40,563 nucleotides of DNA from a virus (IMGVR_UViG_2778261280_000005:1-40563); one strand, 5' to 3'; counted from the stretch's first letter, positions 17,192 to 28,271 are shown. Notes: generated by a model not told the origin, from the sequence alone. Numbers and translations: made by a program.

Positions 17192-17840
17192 TGGCAGCAA
17201 ATACCGAAATATTTGGGTAGTTGGCGATCTGCACGGATGCTACACGAACCTGATGAAAAAACTGGAGACGATAGGATTCGACACCAAAAAAGACCTGCTT
17301 ATCTCAGTGGGCGATTTGGTTGATCGCGGTACAGAGAACGTCGAATGCCTGGAATTAATCACATTCCCCTGGTTCAGATCTGTACGTGGAAACCATGAGC
17401 AAATGATGATTGATGGCTTATCAGAGCGTGGAAACGTTAATCACTGGCAGCTTAATGGCGGTGGCTGGTTCTTTAATCTCGATTACGACAAAGAAATTCT
17501 GGCTAAAGCTCTTGCCCATAAAGCAGATGAACTTCCGCTAATCATCGAACTGGTGAGCAAAGATAAAAAATATGTCATCTGCCACGCCGATTATCCTTGT
17601 GACGAATACGAATTTGGAAAGCCAGTTGATCATCAGCAGGTAATCTGGAACCGCGAACGAATCAGCAACTCACAAGACGGGATCGTGAAAGAAATCAAAG
17701 GAGCGGACACGTTCATCTTTGGTCATACGCCAGCAGTGAAACCACTCAAATTTGCCAACCAGATGTATATCGATACCGGCGCGGTGTTCTGCGGAAACCT
17801 CACATTGATTCAGGTACAGGGAGAAGGCGCATGGGCATAA
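17169..17840 (+). CDS. ninI: NinI Ser/Thr protein phosphatase (metallophosphoesterase)
   Basis: Start re-set to ATG 17169 (MRYYERIDG...); phosphoesterase motifs GDLHGC, GDLVDRG, GNHE present. Confidence 0.8.
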   Translation: MRYYERIDGSKYRNIWVVGDLHGCYTNLMKKLETIGFDTKKDLLISVGDLVDRGTENVECLELITFPWFRSVRGNHEQMMIDGLSERGNVNHWQLNGGGWFFNLDYDKEILAKALAHKADELPLIIELVSKDKKYVICHADYPCDEYEFGKPVDHQQVIWNRERISNSQDGIVKEIKGADTFIFGHTPAVKPLKFANQMYIDTGAVFCGNLTLIQVQGEGAWA

Positions 17841-18349
17841 GAGAACTAAACCTCACCAAAGAGCAGCACGATTGGCTGAATGGCTGGCTTGAACTGTGGG
17901 GCGCATGGGTTTATTCAGGTCGCCTGGAAAAGCGCATGAGCAGCGTAATAGCGAAGTTCATGGAGAGCGTAGAGCCGGGAAGAGTTATGACAAGGCCAAT
18001 GTGTAATGATGATGATGGAATGTTGATTTCTCAGGTCGTCGATTCCGTCATGTACATTGACAAGAAAGCCTTTGGCATCCTCCTCAGCTACTACGCTCAT
18101 GGTTCATCTAAGCGAGCAATTGCATCCTACTATCACGCGACTGCAAAGCCACGCAAGATGTGTGGACGTGGTGGCGAGGGATGGAGAAAACCTTCACTGG
18201 CAACCTGTAGAAACGAAATTGACGACATCCTGAAGGCGTCATTATTTGTTTTATACCAGCCAATGCAAAATGCTTTCAAAATGCGTAAACGTGTTGAGAA
18301 AGTTAAGCATGTTGCTGTTAAAAACCTTGACATGCAATTAGCCATTTAG
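17831..18349 (+). CDS. Q: Late-gene antiterminator Q (phage 82/933W-type family)
   Basis: 172-aa ORF at the end of nin, upstream of lysis genes; [11 protein letters not shown]...[13 protein letters not shown] pattern resembles 933W-type Q by recollection. Confidence 0.65.
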   Translation: MGIRELNLTKEQHDWLNGWLELWGAWVYSGRLEKRMSSVIAKFMESVEPGRVMTRPMCNDDDGMLISQVVDSVMYIDKKAFGILLSYYAHGSSKRAIASYYHATAKPRKMCGRGGEGWRKPSLATCRNEIDDILKASLFVLYQPMQNAFKMRKRVEKVKHVAVKNLDMQLAI

Positions 18350-18366
18350 CCATAATTAGAGGGTAA

Positions 18367-18408
18367 GCTGCCGTTAGTGACTCTTAAGTTGCAACGGTGG
18401 CTTTTTTT
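18367..18408 (+). terminator. Rho-independent terminator directly downstream of Q
   Basis: 9-bp stem GCUGCCGUU/AACGGUGGC (two G-U pairs) with 17-nt loop, followed by TTTTTTT (18402-18408). Confidence 0.5.
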
Positions 18409-18412
18409 ATTT

Positions 18413-18487
18413 GGGTCAGTCGTATAAAGGTCATTACGGAAGGCTGTTAACCTTCTTATCGTGGTTCGAGTCCACGCTGTCCCGCCA
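18413..18487 (+). tRNA. tRNA-Asn-like (anticodon GUU), phage-encoded
   Basis: Manual fold: acceptor GGGTCAG/CTGTCCC (one T-T mismatch), D-loop with GG, anticodon arm GAAGG-CTGTTAA-CCTTC, T-arm CGTGG-TTCGAGT-CCACG, 3' GCCA; the imperfect acceptor stem lowers confidence. Confidence 0.55.
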
Positions 18488-18492
18488 AACAT

Positions 18493-18568
18493 GCTGGTTT
18501 AGCTCCAATGGTAGAGCAGTCGCCTTGTAAGCGAATGGGTAGCGGTTCAAGTCCGTTAACCAGCACCA
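18493..18568 (+). tRNA. tRNA-Thr (anticodon UGU), phage-encoded
   Basis: Manual fold: perfect 7-bp acceptor GCTGGTT/AACCAGC, D-arm GCTC-CAATGGTA-GAGC, anticodon loop CTTGTAA, T-arm AGCGG-TTCAAGT-CCGTT, discriminator A plus CCA; 76 nt. Confidence 0.75.
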
Positions 18569-18655
18569 TAACTGAGCCGTAGCCACTGACTGTCCTGAAT
18601 TCATCAGTGATAGTTACGCTGCGGCCTTCTACACATGATCTTCGTGAAAGCGGGT

Positions 18656-18690
18656 GGCAGGAGGTCGCGCTAACAACCTCCTGCCGTTTT
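18656..18690 (+). terminator. Rho-independent terminator (candidate tR') downstream of the tRNAs
   Basis: 9-bp stem GGCAGGAGG/CCTCCTGCC with 12-nt loop, followed by GTTTT. Confidence 0.5.
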
Positions 18691-18810
18691 GCCCGTGCAT
18701 ATCGGTCACGAACAAATCTGATTACTAAACACAGTAGCCTGGATTTGTTCTATCAGTAATCGACCTTATTCCTAATTAAATAGAGCAAATCCCCTTATTG
18801 GGGGTAAGAC

Positions 18811-19134
18811 ATGAAGATGCCAGAAAAACATGACCTGTTAGCCGCCATTCTCGCGGCAAAGGAACAAGGCATCGGGGCAATCCTTGCGTTTGCAATGGCG
18901 TACCTTCGCGGCAGATATAATGGCGGTGCGTTTACAAAAACAGTAATCGACGCAACGATGTGCGCCATTATCGCCTGGTTCATTCGTGACCTTCTCGACT
19001 TCGCCGGACTAAGTAGCAATCTCGCTTATATAACGAGCGTGTTCATCGGCTACATCGGTACTGACTCGATTGGTTCGCTTATCAAACGCTTCGCTGCTAA
19101 AAAAGCCGGAGTAGAAGATGGTGGAAATCAATAA
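18811..19134 (+). CDS. S: Class I holin/antiholin (lambda S type, dual start)
   Basis: 107-aa protein [43 protein letters not shown]... essentially identical to lambda S as recalled; Met-Lys-Met dual start; upstream hairpin CCCC-TTATT-GGGG overlaps the SD. Confidence 0.9.
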   Translation: MKMPEKHDLLAAILAAKEQGIGAILAFAMAYLRGRYNGGAFTKTVIDATMCAIIAWFIRDLLDFAGLSSNLAYITSVFIGYIGTDSIGSLIKRFAAKKAGVEDGGNQ

Positions 19135-19594
19135 TCAACGTAAGGCGTTCCTCGATATGCTGGCGTGGTCAGAGGGAACAGATAACGGACGACAGAAAAC
19201 CAGAAATCATGGTTATGACGTCATTGTTGGCGGAGAGCTATTCACTGATTACTCCGATCACCCTCGCAAACTTGTCACGCTAAACCCCAAACTCAAATCA
19301 ACAGCAGCCGGACGTTACCAGCTTCTTTCCCGTTGGTGGGATGCCTATCGTAAGCAGCTTGGCCTGAAAGACTTCTCTCCGAAAAGCCAGGACGCTGTGG
19401 CACTGCAACAGATTAAAGAGCGTGGCGCTTTGCCGATGATTGATCGCGGTGATATCCGTCAGGCAATCGACCGTTGCAGCAATATCTGGGCTTCACTGCC
19501 GGGCGCTGGTTATGGTCAGTTTGAGCATAAGGCTGATAGCCTGATTGCAAAATTCAAAGAAGCAGGCGGAACGGTCAGAGAGATTGAGGTATGA
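19118..19594 (+). CDS. R: Endolysin (lambda R-type lytic transglycosylase)
   Basis: 158-aa protein [39 protein letters not shown]... matches lambda R as recalled. Confidence 0.9.
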   Translation: MVEINNQRKAFLDMLAWSEGTDNGRQKTRNHGYDVIVGGELFTDYSDHPRKLVTLNPKLKSTAAGRYQLLSRWWDAYRKQLGLKDFSPKSQDAVALQQIKERGALPMIDRGDIRQAIDRCSNIWASLPGAGYGQFEHKADSLIAKFKEAGGTVREIEV

Positions 19595-20028
19595 GCAGAT
19601 TAACCGCGATTATCTCCGCTCTGGTTATCTGCGTCATCGCCTGCCTGTCGTGGGCGGTCAATCATTACCGTGATAACGCCATCGCCTACAAAGAGCAGCG
19701 TGATAAGGCCACATCCATCATCGCTGACATGCAGAAGCGTCAACGTGATGTAGCAGAACTCGACGCCAGATACACAAAGGAGCTTGCTGATGCTAACGCG
19801 ACTATCGAAAGTCTCCGTGCTGATGTTTCTGCTGGTCGTAAGCGCCTGCAAGTCGCCGCCACCTGTGCAAAGTCAACGACCGAAGCCAGCAGCATGGGCG
19901 ATGGAGAAAGCCCAAGACTTACAGCAGATGCTGAACTCAATTATTACCGTCTCCGAAGTGGAATAGACAGGATAACCGCGCAGGTTAACTACCTGCAGGA
20001 ATACATCAGGACGCAATGCCTTCGATGA
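19591..20028 (+). CDS. Rz: Rz inner-membrane spanin
   Basis: 145-aa protein with N-terminal TM ([25 protein letters not shown]) and coiled coil; matches lambda Rz as recalled. Confidence 0.85.
   Translation: MSRLTAIISALVICVIACLSWAVNHYRDNAIAYKEQRDKATSIIADMQKRQRDVAELDARYTKELADANATIESLRADVSAGRKRLQVAATCAKSTTEASSMGDGESPRLTADAELNYYRLRSGIDRITAQVNYLQEYIRTQCLR
19784..19966 (+). CDS. Rz1: Rz1 outer-membrane lipoprotein spanin (embedded in Rz, +1 frame)
   Basis: Embedded ORF with lipobox-like LLVVSAC followed by a proline-rich segment; exact start uncertain. Confidence 0.65.
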   Translation: MLMLTRLSKVSVLMFLLVVSACKSPPPVQSQRPKPAAWAMEKAQDLQQMLNSIITVSEVE

Positions 20029-20203
20029 TAGCGATAATTTTACTCATCATCCTTCACATCTGGCTCTGTAGACAGGGTGGCGATCACTTCTGGAGTGAAT
20101 CCAGATTAAACATCTCATTGCTGATGCTTGATATTGAGCATCTGGCGCGCGGTAAGGGGCTGCGTTGAGATAAGAGCCAGTCATTACAAATACCAGGATT
20201 TAG

Positions 20204-20227
20204 CCTCGCATTTGCGGGGCTTTTTTA
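20204..20227 (+). terminator. Rho-independent terminator after the lysis cassette
   Basis: Stem GCCTCGC/GCGGGGC (one G-U) with loop ATTT, followed by TTTTTT. Confidence 0.55.
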
Positions 20228-20372
20228 CATCTGCAGTAAACCGCGCATCGCAGCGCGTAACAATCCCGAGTCTTTCAGAAAGCTGAGCCTGAGAACTGCC
20301 GTATATGGTGGCGACCATCTCGGGGCGGCTTTTCTGTGCGAACAGGCTCACTTTCTAAAAGGTAAAGACGCT

Positions 20373-20891
20373 ATGAATCATCAATTGGCTAATCTCGATT
20401 TCCGGGACATGGTGGTTGTTTCTGGTGATCGCGTGATCACAACCTCCCGCAAGGTAGCGGCTTACTTCGACAAGCAGCATCACCACATCATTCAGAAAAT
20501 CGAAAAGCTAGACTGTTCGGATGAATTTCTAACCAGCAACTTTTCGCGGGTTACCTATGAACACAAGGGTAATCAGTATGTTGAATATGAAATTTCCAAA
20601 GACGGCGCGATGTACATCATCATGTCGTTTACCGGCAAAAAAGCTGCCGCCATCAAAGAGGCGTTTATCAAAGCATTTAATTGGATGCGTGACAGGCTGA
20701 TGGAGATGGCTCACTCATACCAAAGAGAGCACAACGAGTTAATGCTGGAGTTCATGAAGGAAAAGGATGTTGCCAGTATGTCAGGACGCTTGCTGAACCG
20801 CTGGGGCAGGATCAAAAAACCGCAACTCATAGCAAGAATCGAAAGGCTTGAGCAGCAGGCGCAAATATCGATCCCCGGACTGCCAAAGTGA
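20373..20891 (+). CDS. rha: Rha-family phage regulatory protein
   Basis: 172-aa ORF located between lysis and terminase genes as P22 rha is; N-terminal region resembles the Rha domain by recollection. Confidence 0.65.
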   Translation: MNHQLANLDFRDMVVVSGDRVITTSRKVAAYFDKQHHHIIQKIEKLDCSDEFLTSNFSRVTYEHKGNQYVEYEISKDGAMYIIMSFTGKKAAAIKEAFIKAFNWMRDRLMEMAHSYQREHNELMLEFMKEKDVASMSGRLLNRWGRIKKPQLIARIERLEQQAQISIPGLPK

Positions 20892-21349
20892 CCATTCCAA
20901 AGCCCATCTACGGGTGGGCTTGATAATGAAACCGTGATTTACATCCCCACAATCCGGGTATGTAAAAGATAGTTCAGGCGAGAACAGATTTAACTAAATC
21001 TGTGCACCACCAGTTACGGCAGTACCACGAAACAACCCAAGCCAGTAAGTGGGGAAATAACACTGGCAGCCACTGAAAGATGAACCTCCTGCCTTATGGC
21101 AAAAAAGATTCTTTGTGGTGGCGGACTGATGGAAAGACATCCTAATTCCAGCCAAACATTGAAGGAGTTGTTATGTCAGCAGAAGGTTTCAATAACCCAT
21201 CAAAATTCCGGGATGAGTGGGATAGCAGCGTAAAGAGTAAGTGATGCCATCACAAAAGCCATTCCCTACAGAGTGGTCTCGACAATGGCTTATACCCTAC
21301 ACGGGATAACTTAACTGATATCCCTTTTAACGGATAAACGGAGCCAACA

Positions 21350-21592
21350 ATGGCAGAGATTATTCCCATGACTGAAGAACAGAAATTCCAGTTAGAGATT
21401 TACAAACTGGTCATGAACCAGAACGCAGCTGCAGAGGAAGCATTTCAGTTCATTGGCACTGACGAACTGAAGCTTGAGCCATTCAAAATTCACTTCCAGT
21501 CAGGCGGCGCTAATTCGGATATCACGACCCGCACTATCGAAGCGGTGCGTAAATCGAAGGAAGCGTTAGACCTGTTCACTACCGGAGCATGA
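21350..21592 (+). CDS. Hypothetical protein (80 aa) upstream of small terminase
   Basis: ATG 21350; same position and size as a small P22 ORF ahead of gene 3 (recollection). Confidence 0.5.
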   Translation: MAEIIPMTEEQKFQLEIYKLVMNQNAAAEEAFQFIGTDELKLEPFKIHFQSGGANSDITTRTIEAVRKSKEALDLFTTGA

Positions 21593-21627
21593 TGCTCAAC
21601 CTGAAATAACAACTAAGTGAGATAAAT

Positions 21628-22116
21628 ATGGCAGCACCAAAGGGCAACCGATTTTGGGAGGCCCGCAGTAGTCATGGGCGAAATCCTAAATTCGAATCGC
21701 CTGAGGCGCTGTGGGCTGCTTGTTGTGAATACTTCGAGTGGGTAGAAGCTAACCCGCTATGGGAGATGAAGGCGTTCTCGTATCAGGGTGAAGTGATACA
21801 AGAGCCTATCGCCAAGATGCGAGCGATGACTATTACAGGCCTCACTCTGTTCATTGATGTGACGCTTGAAACATGGCGCACATATCGCCTGCGAGAAGAT
21901 TTATCTGAAGTCGTTACGCGAGCAGAGCAGGTCATCTACGACCAGAAATTCTCTGGCGCAGCCGCTGACCTTCTCAACGCTAACATCATCGCCCGTGATT
22001 TGGGCCTCAAAGAGCAGTCGCAAGTTGAAGACGTGACACCTGATAAGGGAGATCGCGATAAGCGGCGCTCTCGTATCAAGGAGCTATTCAACCGTGGAAC
22101 TGGACGCGATTCTTGA
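21628..22116 (+). CDS. Terminase small subunit (P22 gp3-type)
   Basis: 162 aa, [43 protein letters not shown]... matches P22 gp3 as recalled; contains the pac-like sequence. Confidence 0.9.
   Translation: MAAPKGNRFWEARSSHGRNPKFESPEALWAACCEYFEWVEANPLWEMKAFSYQGEVIQEPIAKMRAMTITGLTLFIDVTLETWRTYRLREDLSEVVTRAEQVIYDQKFSGAAADLLNANIIARDLGLKEQSQVEDVTPDKGDRDKRRSRIKELFNRGTGRDS
21895..21922 (+). other. Putative pac site for headful packaging (inside small terminase gene)
   Basis: GAAGATTTATCTGAAGTCGTTACGCGAG resembles the P22 pac sequence as I recall it; exact reference sequence not verifiable here. Confidence 0.45.
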
Positions 22117-23593
22117 TAACCTGAGCGACGAAGAGCAAATCGAATTGCTCGAACTACTCGAAGAAGAAGAGAACTACCGGAACACACACCTGCTATATGA
22201 ATTTACGCCATACAGCAAACAGCGTGAGTTCATCGACGCCGGGCATGACTATCCAGAGCGCTGTTTTATGGCTGGTAACCAGCTTGGTAAGTCATTTACT
22301 GGTGCTGCTGAAGTCGCGTTTCACCTTACCGGGCGTTATCCTGGCACAAAAGGCTATCCTGCTGATGGTAAATATGGTGGGGAGTGGAAAGGTAAGCGTT
22401 TCTATGAGCCTGTTGTCTTCTGGATTGGCGGCGAGACAAACGAGACTGTAACCAAAACGACTCAACGCATCCTGTGCGGTCGTATCGAAGAGAATGATGA
22501 GCCAGGCTACGGTTCCATACCTAAAGAAGACATCATTAGCTGGAAGAAGTCTCCTTTCTTTCCGAACCTTGTTGATCATCTTCTGGTTAAGCATCACACA
22601 GCTGATGGCGTTGAAGATGGCATTTCAATCTGCTACTTCAAACCATACTCGCAAGGCCGTGCTCGCTGGCAGGGTGACACAATCCACGGCGTGTGGTTTG
22701 ACGAAGAGCCACCATACAGCATTTATGGCGAAGGGCTTACCCGTACCAACAAATACGGGCAATTCTCAATTCTGACGTTTACCCCGCTGATGGGGATGTC
22801 TGACGTTGTTACCAAGTTCCTGAAGAATCCCAGCAAGTCGCAGAAAGTGGTCAACATGACCATCTATGACGCTGAGCACTACACAGACGAACAGAAAGAG
22901 CAAATCATCGCATCCTATCCCGAGCATGAGAGAGAGGCGCGTGCTCGCGGTATTCCTACGATGGGTAGCGGGCGAATCTTCCAGATACCGGAAGAGACGA
23001 TTAAGTGTCAGCCGTTCGAGTGTCCTGATCACTTCTACGTAATTGGCGGGATGGATTTCGGATGGGATCACCCGCAGGCGCAGGTTCAGCTTTGGTGGGA
23101 TAAGGACGCAGACACAATCTACGTTTCACGCGTGTGGAAGGCGAAAGAAAAAACAGCTGTTCAGGCATGGGGAGCTGTTAAATCATGGGCGCATAAAGTG
23201 CCAACCGCATGGCCTCATGACGGAAACCAGCATGAGAAGGGCGGCGGTGAGCAGCTCAAAGGGCAGTATGCAGACGCTGGATTTATGATGTTACATGAGC
23301 ATGCGACATGGCCTGATGGCGGTAATGCTGTTGAGCCTGGCATCACTGAATTGCGCGACATGATGCTCGATGGTCGCTTCAAAGTATTCAACACCTGTGA
23401 ACCATTCTTTGAGGAATTCCGCCTCTATCACCGTGATGAAAACGGGAAGATAGTCAAGCTTAACGACGACGTGCTATCAGCCGTTCGCTATGCATACATG
23501 ATGCGCCGCTTCGCCAAAATGATGCGCGACATCAAAAAACCAAAAGAGAAAAAGATACCAGCCCCAATCAGGCCCATCGCACGGAGAACTTAA
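22094..23593 (+). CDS. Terminase large subunit (P22 gp2-type)
   Basis: 499 aa (GTG start overlapping gp3 end); [37 protein letters not shown]...; same length as P22 gp2. Confidence 0.9.
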   Translation: MELDAILDNLSDEEQIELLELLEEEENYRNTHLLYEFTPYSKQREFIDAGHDYPERCFMAGNQLGKSFTGAAEVAFHLTGRYPGTKGYPADGKYGGEWKGKRFYEPVVFWIGGETNETVTKTTQRILCGRIEENDEPGYGSIPKEDIISWKKSPFFPNLVDHLLVKHHTADGVEDGISICYFKPYSQGRARWQGDTIHGVWFDEEPPYSIYGEGLTRTNKYGQFSILTFTPLMGMSDVVTKFLKNPSKSQKVVNMTIYDAEHYTDEQKEQIIASYPEHEREARARGIPTMGSGRIFQIPEETIKCQPFECPDHFYVIGGMDFGWDHPQAQVQLWWDKDADTIYVSRVWKAKEKTAVQAWGAVKSWAHKVPTAWPHDGNQHEKGGGEQLKGQYADAGFMMLHEHATWPDGGNAVEPGITELRDMMLDGRFKVFNTCEPFFEEFRLYHRDENGKIVKLNDDVLSAVRYAYMMRRFAKMMRDIKKPKEKKIPAPIRPIARRT

Positions 23594-25759
23594 ATGGCCG
23601 ACGAAAACAGACTCAATTCCATTCTGTGTAAGTTTGACGCAGACTGGATGGCGAGCGATGAAGCCAGAACCGAGGCGACAAATGACCTGTATTTTAGCCG
23701 AGTGTCGCAATGGGATGACTGGCTATCAAACTACACGACCCTGCAATATCGCGGACAATTCGATGTTGTTCGCCCGGTGGTCAGGAAGCTGGTCGCAGAG
23801 ATGCGCCGTAACCCTATCGACGTTCTCTTCCGACCAAAAGACGGCGCTAATCCTGATGCTGCCGATGTGTTGATGGGAATGTATCGTACTGATATGCGCC
23901 ATAACACGGCAAAGATTGCCGTTAACGTTGGCGTTCGTGAGCAGATAGAGTCCGGCGTTGGTGCATGGCGTCTGGTCACCCAGTACGAAGACAACGACCC
24001 AACAAGCAACAATCAGGTAATCCGACGCCTGCCAATCCATGAAGCCTGCTCACACGTCATATGGGACGCCAACAGCAAGCAGATGGATAAGAGCGACGCT
24101 AAGCACTGCACGGTGATTAACGCTTTGTCACGCAATGGATGGAAAGAGTTCGCAGAGGATTACGGTATTGATCCTGACACCCTGCCATCTTTCCAGAATC
24201 CGAACGATACATGGCTGTTTCCGTGGGTATCGAATGATGTCGTCTACGTCGCTGAGTATTACGAGGTCGAAGAGAAGAAAGAGAAGGTCTTCATCTACCG
24301 CGACCCGCTGACAGGTGAGCCGGTCAGCTATTACCAGCAGGATATCAAAGACGTTATCGACGACCTTGCTAATCGTGGATTCATTAAGGTAGCAGAGCGC
24401 AAGGTGAAGCGTCGGCGTGTGTATAAGTCGATCATCACCTGCACGCAGATACTGAAAGACCGCGAGAAGATAGCTGGAGAGCATATCCCAATCGTTCCAG
24501 TGTATGGCGAATGGTCATTCGCTGGTGACAAGGAGTGCTACGAAGGAGTGGTAAGGCTGACGAAAGACGGTCAACGCCTTCGTAACATGATCATGTCGTT
24601 CAACGCCGATATTGTTGCTCGTTCACCGAAGAAGAAACCGACCTTCTTCCCTGAGCAAATCGAAGGCTACGAATACATGTACGGTGGAAATGATGACTAT
24701 CCGTACTATCTGCAGAACAGGACCGATGAAAACGGTAACGACCTGCCGATTGGTCCAATCTCCTACATGGAAAACCCTGAAGTGCCGCAAGCCAACGCTT
24801 ACATGCTTGAGGCTGCCACCAACGCAGTGAAAGAGGTGGCTAGTCTTGGCGTGGATGCGCAGGCGGCAAACTCTCAGGTCGCTTTCGATACCGTCAATCA
24901 ACTGAACATGCGGGCAGACCTTGAGACATACGTGTTTCAGGATAACCTGGCTACCGCAATGCGACGTGATGGCGAGATTTATGCCTCAATGGTCAACGAT
25001 ATTTATGACGTTCCTCGCCATGTAACGCTGACTCTTGAAGACGGAAGCGAGAAAGACGTTCAACTCTACGCGCAAGTTGTAGATTACCAGTCCGGCAATG
25101 TGGTCACACTCAACGACATTCGCGGTCGCTATGAGTGCTATACAGACGTTGGACCATCCTTCCAGAGTATGAAGGAACAGAACCGCGCAGAGATTCAGGA
25201 GTTACTCACCAAGGTTCCGCAAGGTACTCCAGAGTTCCAGATGCTGATGCTGCAATACTTCACGCTGCTTGACGGTAAAGGCGTTGAGATGATGCGAGAG
25301 TACGCGAACAAGCAACTGGTGATGATGGGGCTGAAGAAACCAGAAACACCTGAAGAGATGGAGATGGTACAGCAGGCACAACAACAGCCGCAGCAGCCAT
25401 CAGCAGAGCAAATTCAGGCGCAGGGTATCCTTCTGCAAGGTCAGGCTGAATTGCTCAAGGCAGAGAACCAACAGGCGCAGATTCAGGTTGAAGCTGCCAA
25501 GGTTGAAGCCCAAAACCAACTCAACGCCGCGAAGATTGCAGAAATCTTCAACAATATGGACCTCGACAAGCAGGCAGAACTGCGTGAGTACCTCAAGCTC
25601 GTAGGTCAATTCCAGCAACAGCGCAGCAAAGATGCTCGTGCTAACGCTGAGCTGCTTCTTAAAGATGCAGACCAGACTCATTCACAACGCATGGATTTCG
25701 CGAATCTTATGCGTCAAGTTCAAATCCCCTCCGGCGGAGTAGCCGAGACACCTCAATAA
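23594..25759 (+). CDS. Portal protein (P22 gp1-type)
   Basis: 721 aa; strong similarity to P22 portal as recalled, including the Q-rich C-terminal barrel region. Confidence 0.9.
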   Translation: MADENRLNSILCKFDADWMASDEARTEATNDLYFSRVSQWDDWLSNYTTLQYRGQFDVVRPVVRKLVAEMRRNPIDVLFRPKDGANPDAADVLMGMYRTDMRHNTAKIAVNVGVREQIESGVGAWRLVTQYEDNDPTSNNQVIRRLPIHEACSHVIWDANSKQMDKSDAKHCTVINALSRNGWKEFAEDYGIDPDTLPSFQNPNDTWLFPWVSNDVVYVAEYYEVEEKKEKVFIYRDPLTGEPVSYYQQDIKDVIDDLANRGFIKVAERKVKRRRVYKSIITCTQILKDREKIAGEHIPIVPVYGEWSFAGDKECYEGVVRLTKDGQRLRNMIMSFNADIVARSPKKKPTFFPEQIEGYEYMYGGNDDYPYYLQNRTDENGNDLPIGPISYMENPEVPQANAYMLEAATNAVKEVASLGVDAQAANSQVAFDTVNQLNMRADLETYVFQDNLATAMRRDGEIYASMVNDIYDVPRHVTLTLEDGSEKDVQLYAQVVDYQSGNVVTLNDIRGRYECYTDVGPSFQSMKEQNRAEIQELLTKVPQGTPEFQMLMLQYFTLLDGKGVEMMREYANKQLVMMGLKKPETPEEMEMVQQAQQQPQQPSAEQIQAQGILLQGQAELLKAENQQAQIQVEAAKVEAQNQLNAAKIAEIFNNMDLDKQAELREYLKLVGQFQQQRSKDARANAELLLKDADQTHSQRMDFANLMRQVQIPSGGVAETPQ

Positions 25760-25772
25760 GAGAGAGTTAATC

Positions 25773-26684
25773 ATGGAACAAACCACCGACATTCAGGCTT
25801 CTGAAGAATTAACCCTGCCCGGCAATCATGCAGCGGCATCTGCTGATGGCTTAGTTGTCGATAATGCCAACGACAACGCAGGTCAGGAAGAAGGCTTCGA
25901 GATTGTCCTGAAAGACGATGAGAAACCAAAACAAGACCCGGCAACTAATGCTGAATTTGCCCGTCGCCGCATCGAACGCAAACGCCAGCGTGAGCTTGAG
26001 CAGCAGATGGAAGCGGTTAAGCGAGGGGAGTTGCCGGAACACCTGCGGGTGAACCCTGAGTTACCAAAACAACCAGACCCTAACGATTATCTTTCCGAAG
26101 ATGCACTGGCTAAGTACGACTATGACCAGAGCCGCGCACTGGCTGCCTTCCAGCAGGCAAACAGTGAATGGCAGATCAAGGCTATGGACGCACGAAGCCA
26201 GGCTGTCGCCGAGCAGGGTCGCAAAACTCAGGAGTTCACCCAGCAATCAGCGCAATACGTCGAGGCAGCCCGTAAGCACTACGACGCAGCGGAAAAGCTC
26301 AATATCCCTGACTATCAGGAGAAAGAGGATGCATTCATGCAACTGGTGCCGCCAGCAGTCGGTGCCGACATCATGCGCCTCTTCCCGGAGAAATCCGCTG
26401 CTCTCATGTATCACCTTGGTGCTAATCCTGAGAAAACACGCCAGTTGCTGGCGATGGACGGGCAATCCGCGCTGATTGAACTCACTCGACTGTCAGAACG
26501 TTTAACTCTCAAGCCTCGAGCCAAACCTGTTTCAGAAGCCCCGCTACCTGATGAACCCATTCAGGGACACGCTGTTGCTGCAAATATATCTGCGATTGAA
26601 AAGCAGATGGAAGCGGCAGCAAACAAAGGGGATGTAGAGACATACCGCAAGCTCAAGGCGCAACTGAATAAAGGAATTCGATAA
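25773..26684 (+). CDS. Scaffolding protein (P22 gp8-type)
   Basis: 303 aa, acidic helical protein between portal and coat; same size as P22 gp8. Confidence 0.85.
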   Translation: MEQTTDIQASEELTLPGNHAAASADGLVVDNANDNAGQEEGFEIVLKDDEKPKQDPATNAEFARRRIERKRQRELEQQMEAVKRGELPEHLRVNPELPKQPDPNDYLSEDALAKYDYDQSRALAAFQQANSEWQIKAMDARSQAVAEQGRKTQEFTQQSAQYVEAARKHYDAAEKLNIPDYQEKEDAFMQLVPPAVGADIMRLFPEKSAALMYHLGANPEKTRQLLAMDGQSALIELTRLSERLTLKPRAKPVSEAPLPDEPIQGHAVAANISAIEKQMEAAANKGDVETYRKLKAQLNKGIR

Positions 26685-27979
26685 TGGCATTAAATGAAGG
26701 TCAACTGGTCACGTATGCTCTGGATGAAATCATCGAAACCGTCCAGAACCTGACGCCAATGGCGTCCAAAGTGACAAAATACACCCCTCCGGCAGAATCC
26801 ATGCAGCGTTCAAGCAACACCGTGTGGATGCCTGTTGAGCAGGAAGCGCCAACCCAGACTGGCTGGGATTTAACTGGCAACGCAACCGGGATTCTGGAAC
26901 TCTCCGTGAAATGCAACATGGGCGATCCGGATAACGATTTCTTCGAGCTTCGTGCAGATGACCTGCGTGATGAGCGTTCTTACCGTCGCCGCATCCAGGC
27001 ATCCGCCAAAAAACTGGCGAATAACATTGAGTCAGCAATTGCCAAACAGGCAACTGAAATGGGCTCGCTTGTTGTTCACGATACCCGCGCAATTGGTTCA
27101 TCTACTGGCCTGTCTGGCTGGGATTTTGTGTCTGATGCAGAGCGCCTGATGTTCTCCCGTGAGCTAAACCGCGATATGGGCATCAGTTACTTCCTGAACC
27201 CTGACGATTACCGCAAAGCAGGCCGCAACCTGGTAGATGGTGATATCTTCGGTCGCGTTCCTGAAGAAGCGTATCGCAACGGTACTATTCAGCGTCAGAT
27301 TGCTGGCTTTGATGAAATTCTTCGCTCACCGAAACTTCCGGCAGTTACCAAGTCAACCGCTACTGGTGTAACTGTTTCTGGTGCGCAGAAGTTTAAGCCG
27401 CAGGCATACACTCTTGATACCGATGGTAACAAAGAGAACGTCGACAACCGTGTTGCAACGGTGACCGTATCCTCCACCACCGGGTTTAAGCGCGGCGACA
27501 AAATCAGCTTCACTGGTGTGAAATTCCTGTCTCAGATGGCGAAGAACGTGCTGACTGATGATGCTACTTTCTCAATCACCCGTGTGATCGATGGTACTCA
27601 CATCGAAATCACGCCGAAGCCGATTGCACTGGATGACGCGTCACTGACAAAAGAAGAGAAGGCTTACGCTAACGTAAACACCTCTCTTGCTGATACCACT
27701 CCGGTAAACGTTCTGAACGTGGCAACAACCACCGCTAACGTGTTCTGGGCTGATGACTCAATCCGCCTGCTGTCTCAGCCGATCCCGGTAACCCATGAAC
27801 TGTTTGCTGGCATGAAAACGTCTTCCTTCAGCATTCCTGGTATTGGTGTTAACGGCATCTTCGCAACGCAGGGTGATATAAATACTCTGTCTGGTAAGTG
27901 CCGTATTGCTGTGTGGTATTCAGCATGTGCTGTACGACCAGAGGCAATTGGTGTTGGTCTGCCTAACCAGACTGCGTGA
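26684..27979 (+). CDS. Major capsid (coat) protein (P22 gp5-type)
   Basis: 431 aa; [19 protein letters not shown]... and many segments match P22 coat as recalled (divergent, not identical). Confidence 0.9.
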   Translation: MALNEGQLVTYALDEIIETVQNLTPMASKVTKYTPPAESMQRSSNTVWMPVEQEAPTQTGWDLTGNATGILELSVKCNMGDPDNDFFELRADDLRDERSYRRRIQASAKKLANNIESAIAKQATEMGSLVVHDTRAIGSSTGLSGWDFVSDAERLMFSRELNRDMGISYFLNPDDYRKAGRNLVDGDIFGRVPEEAYRNGTIQRQIAGFDEILRSPKLPAVTKSTATGVTVSGAQKFKPQAYTLDTDGNKENVDNRVATVTVSSTTGFKRGDKISFTGVKFLSQMAKNVLTDDATFSITRVIDGTHIEITPKPIALDDASLTKEEKAYANVNTSLADTTPVNVLNVATTTANVFWADDSIRLLSQPIPVTHELFAGMKTSSFSIPGIGVNGIFATQGDINTLSGKCRIAVWYSACAVRPEAIGVGLPNQTA

Positions 27980-27986
27980 TAACCAG

Positions 27987-28009
27987 AGGGAGCTTCGGCT
28001 CCCTTTTTA
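27987..28009 (+). terminator. Rho-independent terminator after coat gene
   Basis: GGGAGC-TTCG-GCTCCC (UUCG tetraloop) followed by TTTTT, 8 nt after the coat stop. Confidence 0.65.
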
Positions 28010-28022
28010 TCTGGAGACAAGC

Positions 28023-28271
28023 ATGACACACATGATCTTTCGTCATGGCGACATGAAGAAATGGAAAGGCGTTGGATACGACTTTGAAATCGTGAAAGCC
28101 GAAGAGCTTCAGGAATATCTGGATGCTGGCTGGTTTGCACATCCCGATGACCTTCTGAAGGATGTTGCAGAGCCAGAGCCAGAGCCAGAGCCAGAGCCAG
28201 AAGAAAAACAGCGTAAAAAGCCTGGTCGAAAACCTAAGGCGGCAGCAGATGAACCTGACAACGAAGGGTGA
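28023..28271 (+). CDS. Small acidic/basic protein with (Glu-Pro)5 repeat (82 aa)
   Basis: ATG 28023 with GGAGA RBS directly after the coat terminator; contains (GAGCCA)5 at 28170-28199 encoding [10 protein letters not shown], then a K/R-rich tail. Confidence 0.5.
   Translation: MTHMIFRHGDMKKWKGVGYDFEIVKAEELQEYLDAGWFAHPDDLLKDVAEPEPEPEPEPEEKQRKKPGRKPKAAADEPDNEG

Noticed and set aside
22197-25681. Numerous 60-120-aa ORFs on both strands inside terminase and portal genes (for example 22292-22597, 23726-24040, 24128-24484, 25400-25681)
   Set aside because: They are fully nested in or antisense to strongly supported structural genes, with no RBS or independent signal; treated as spurious
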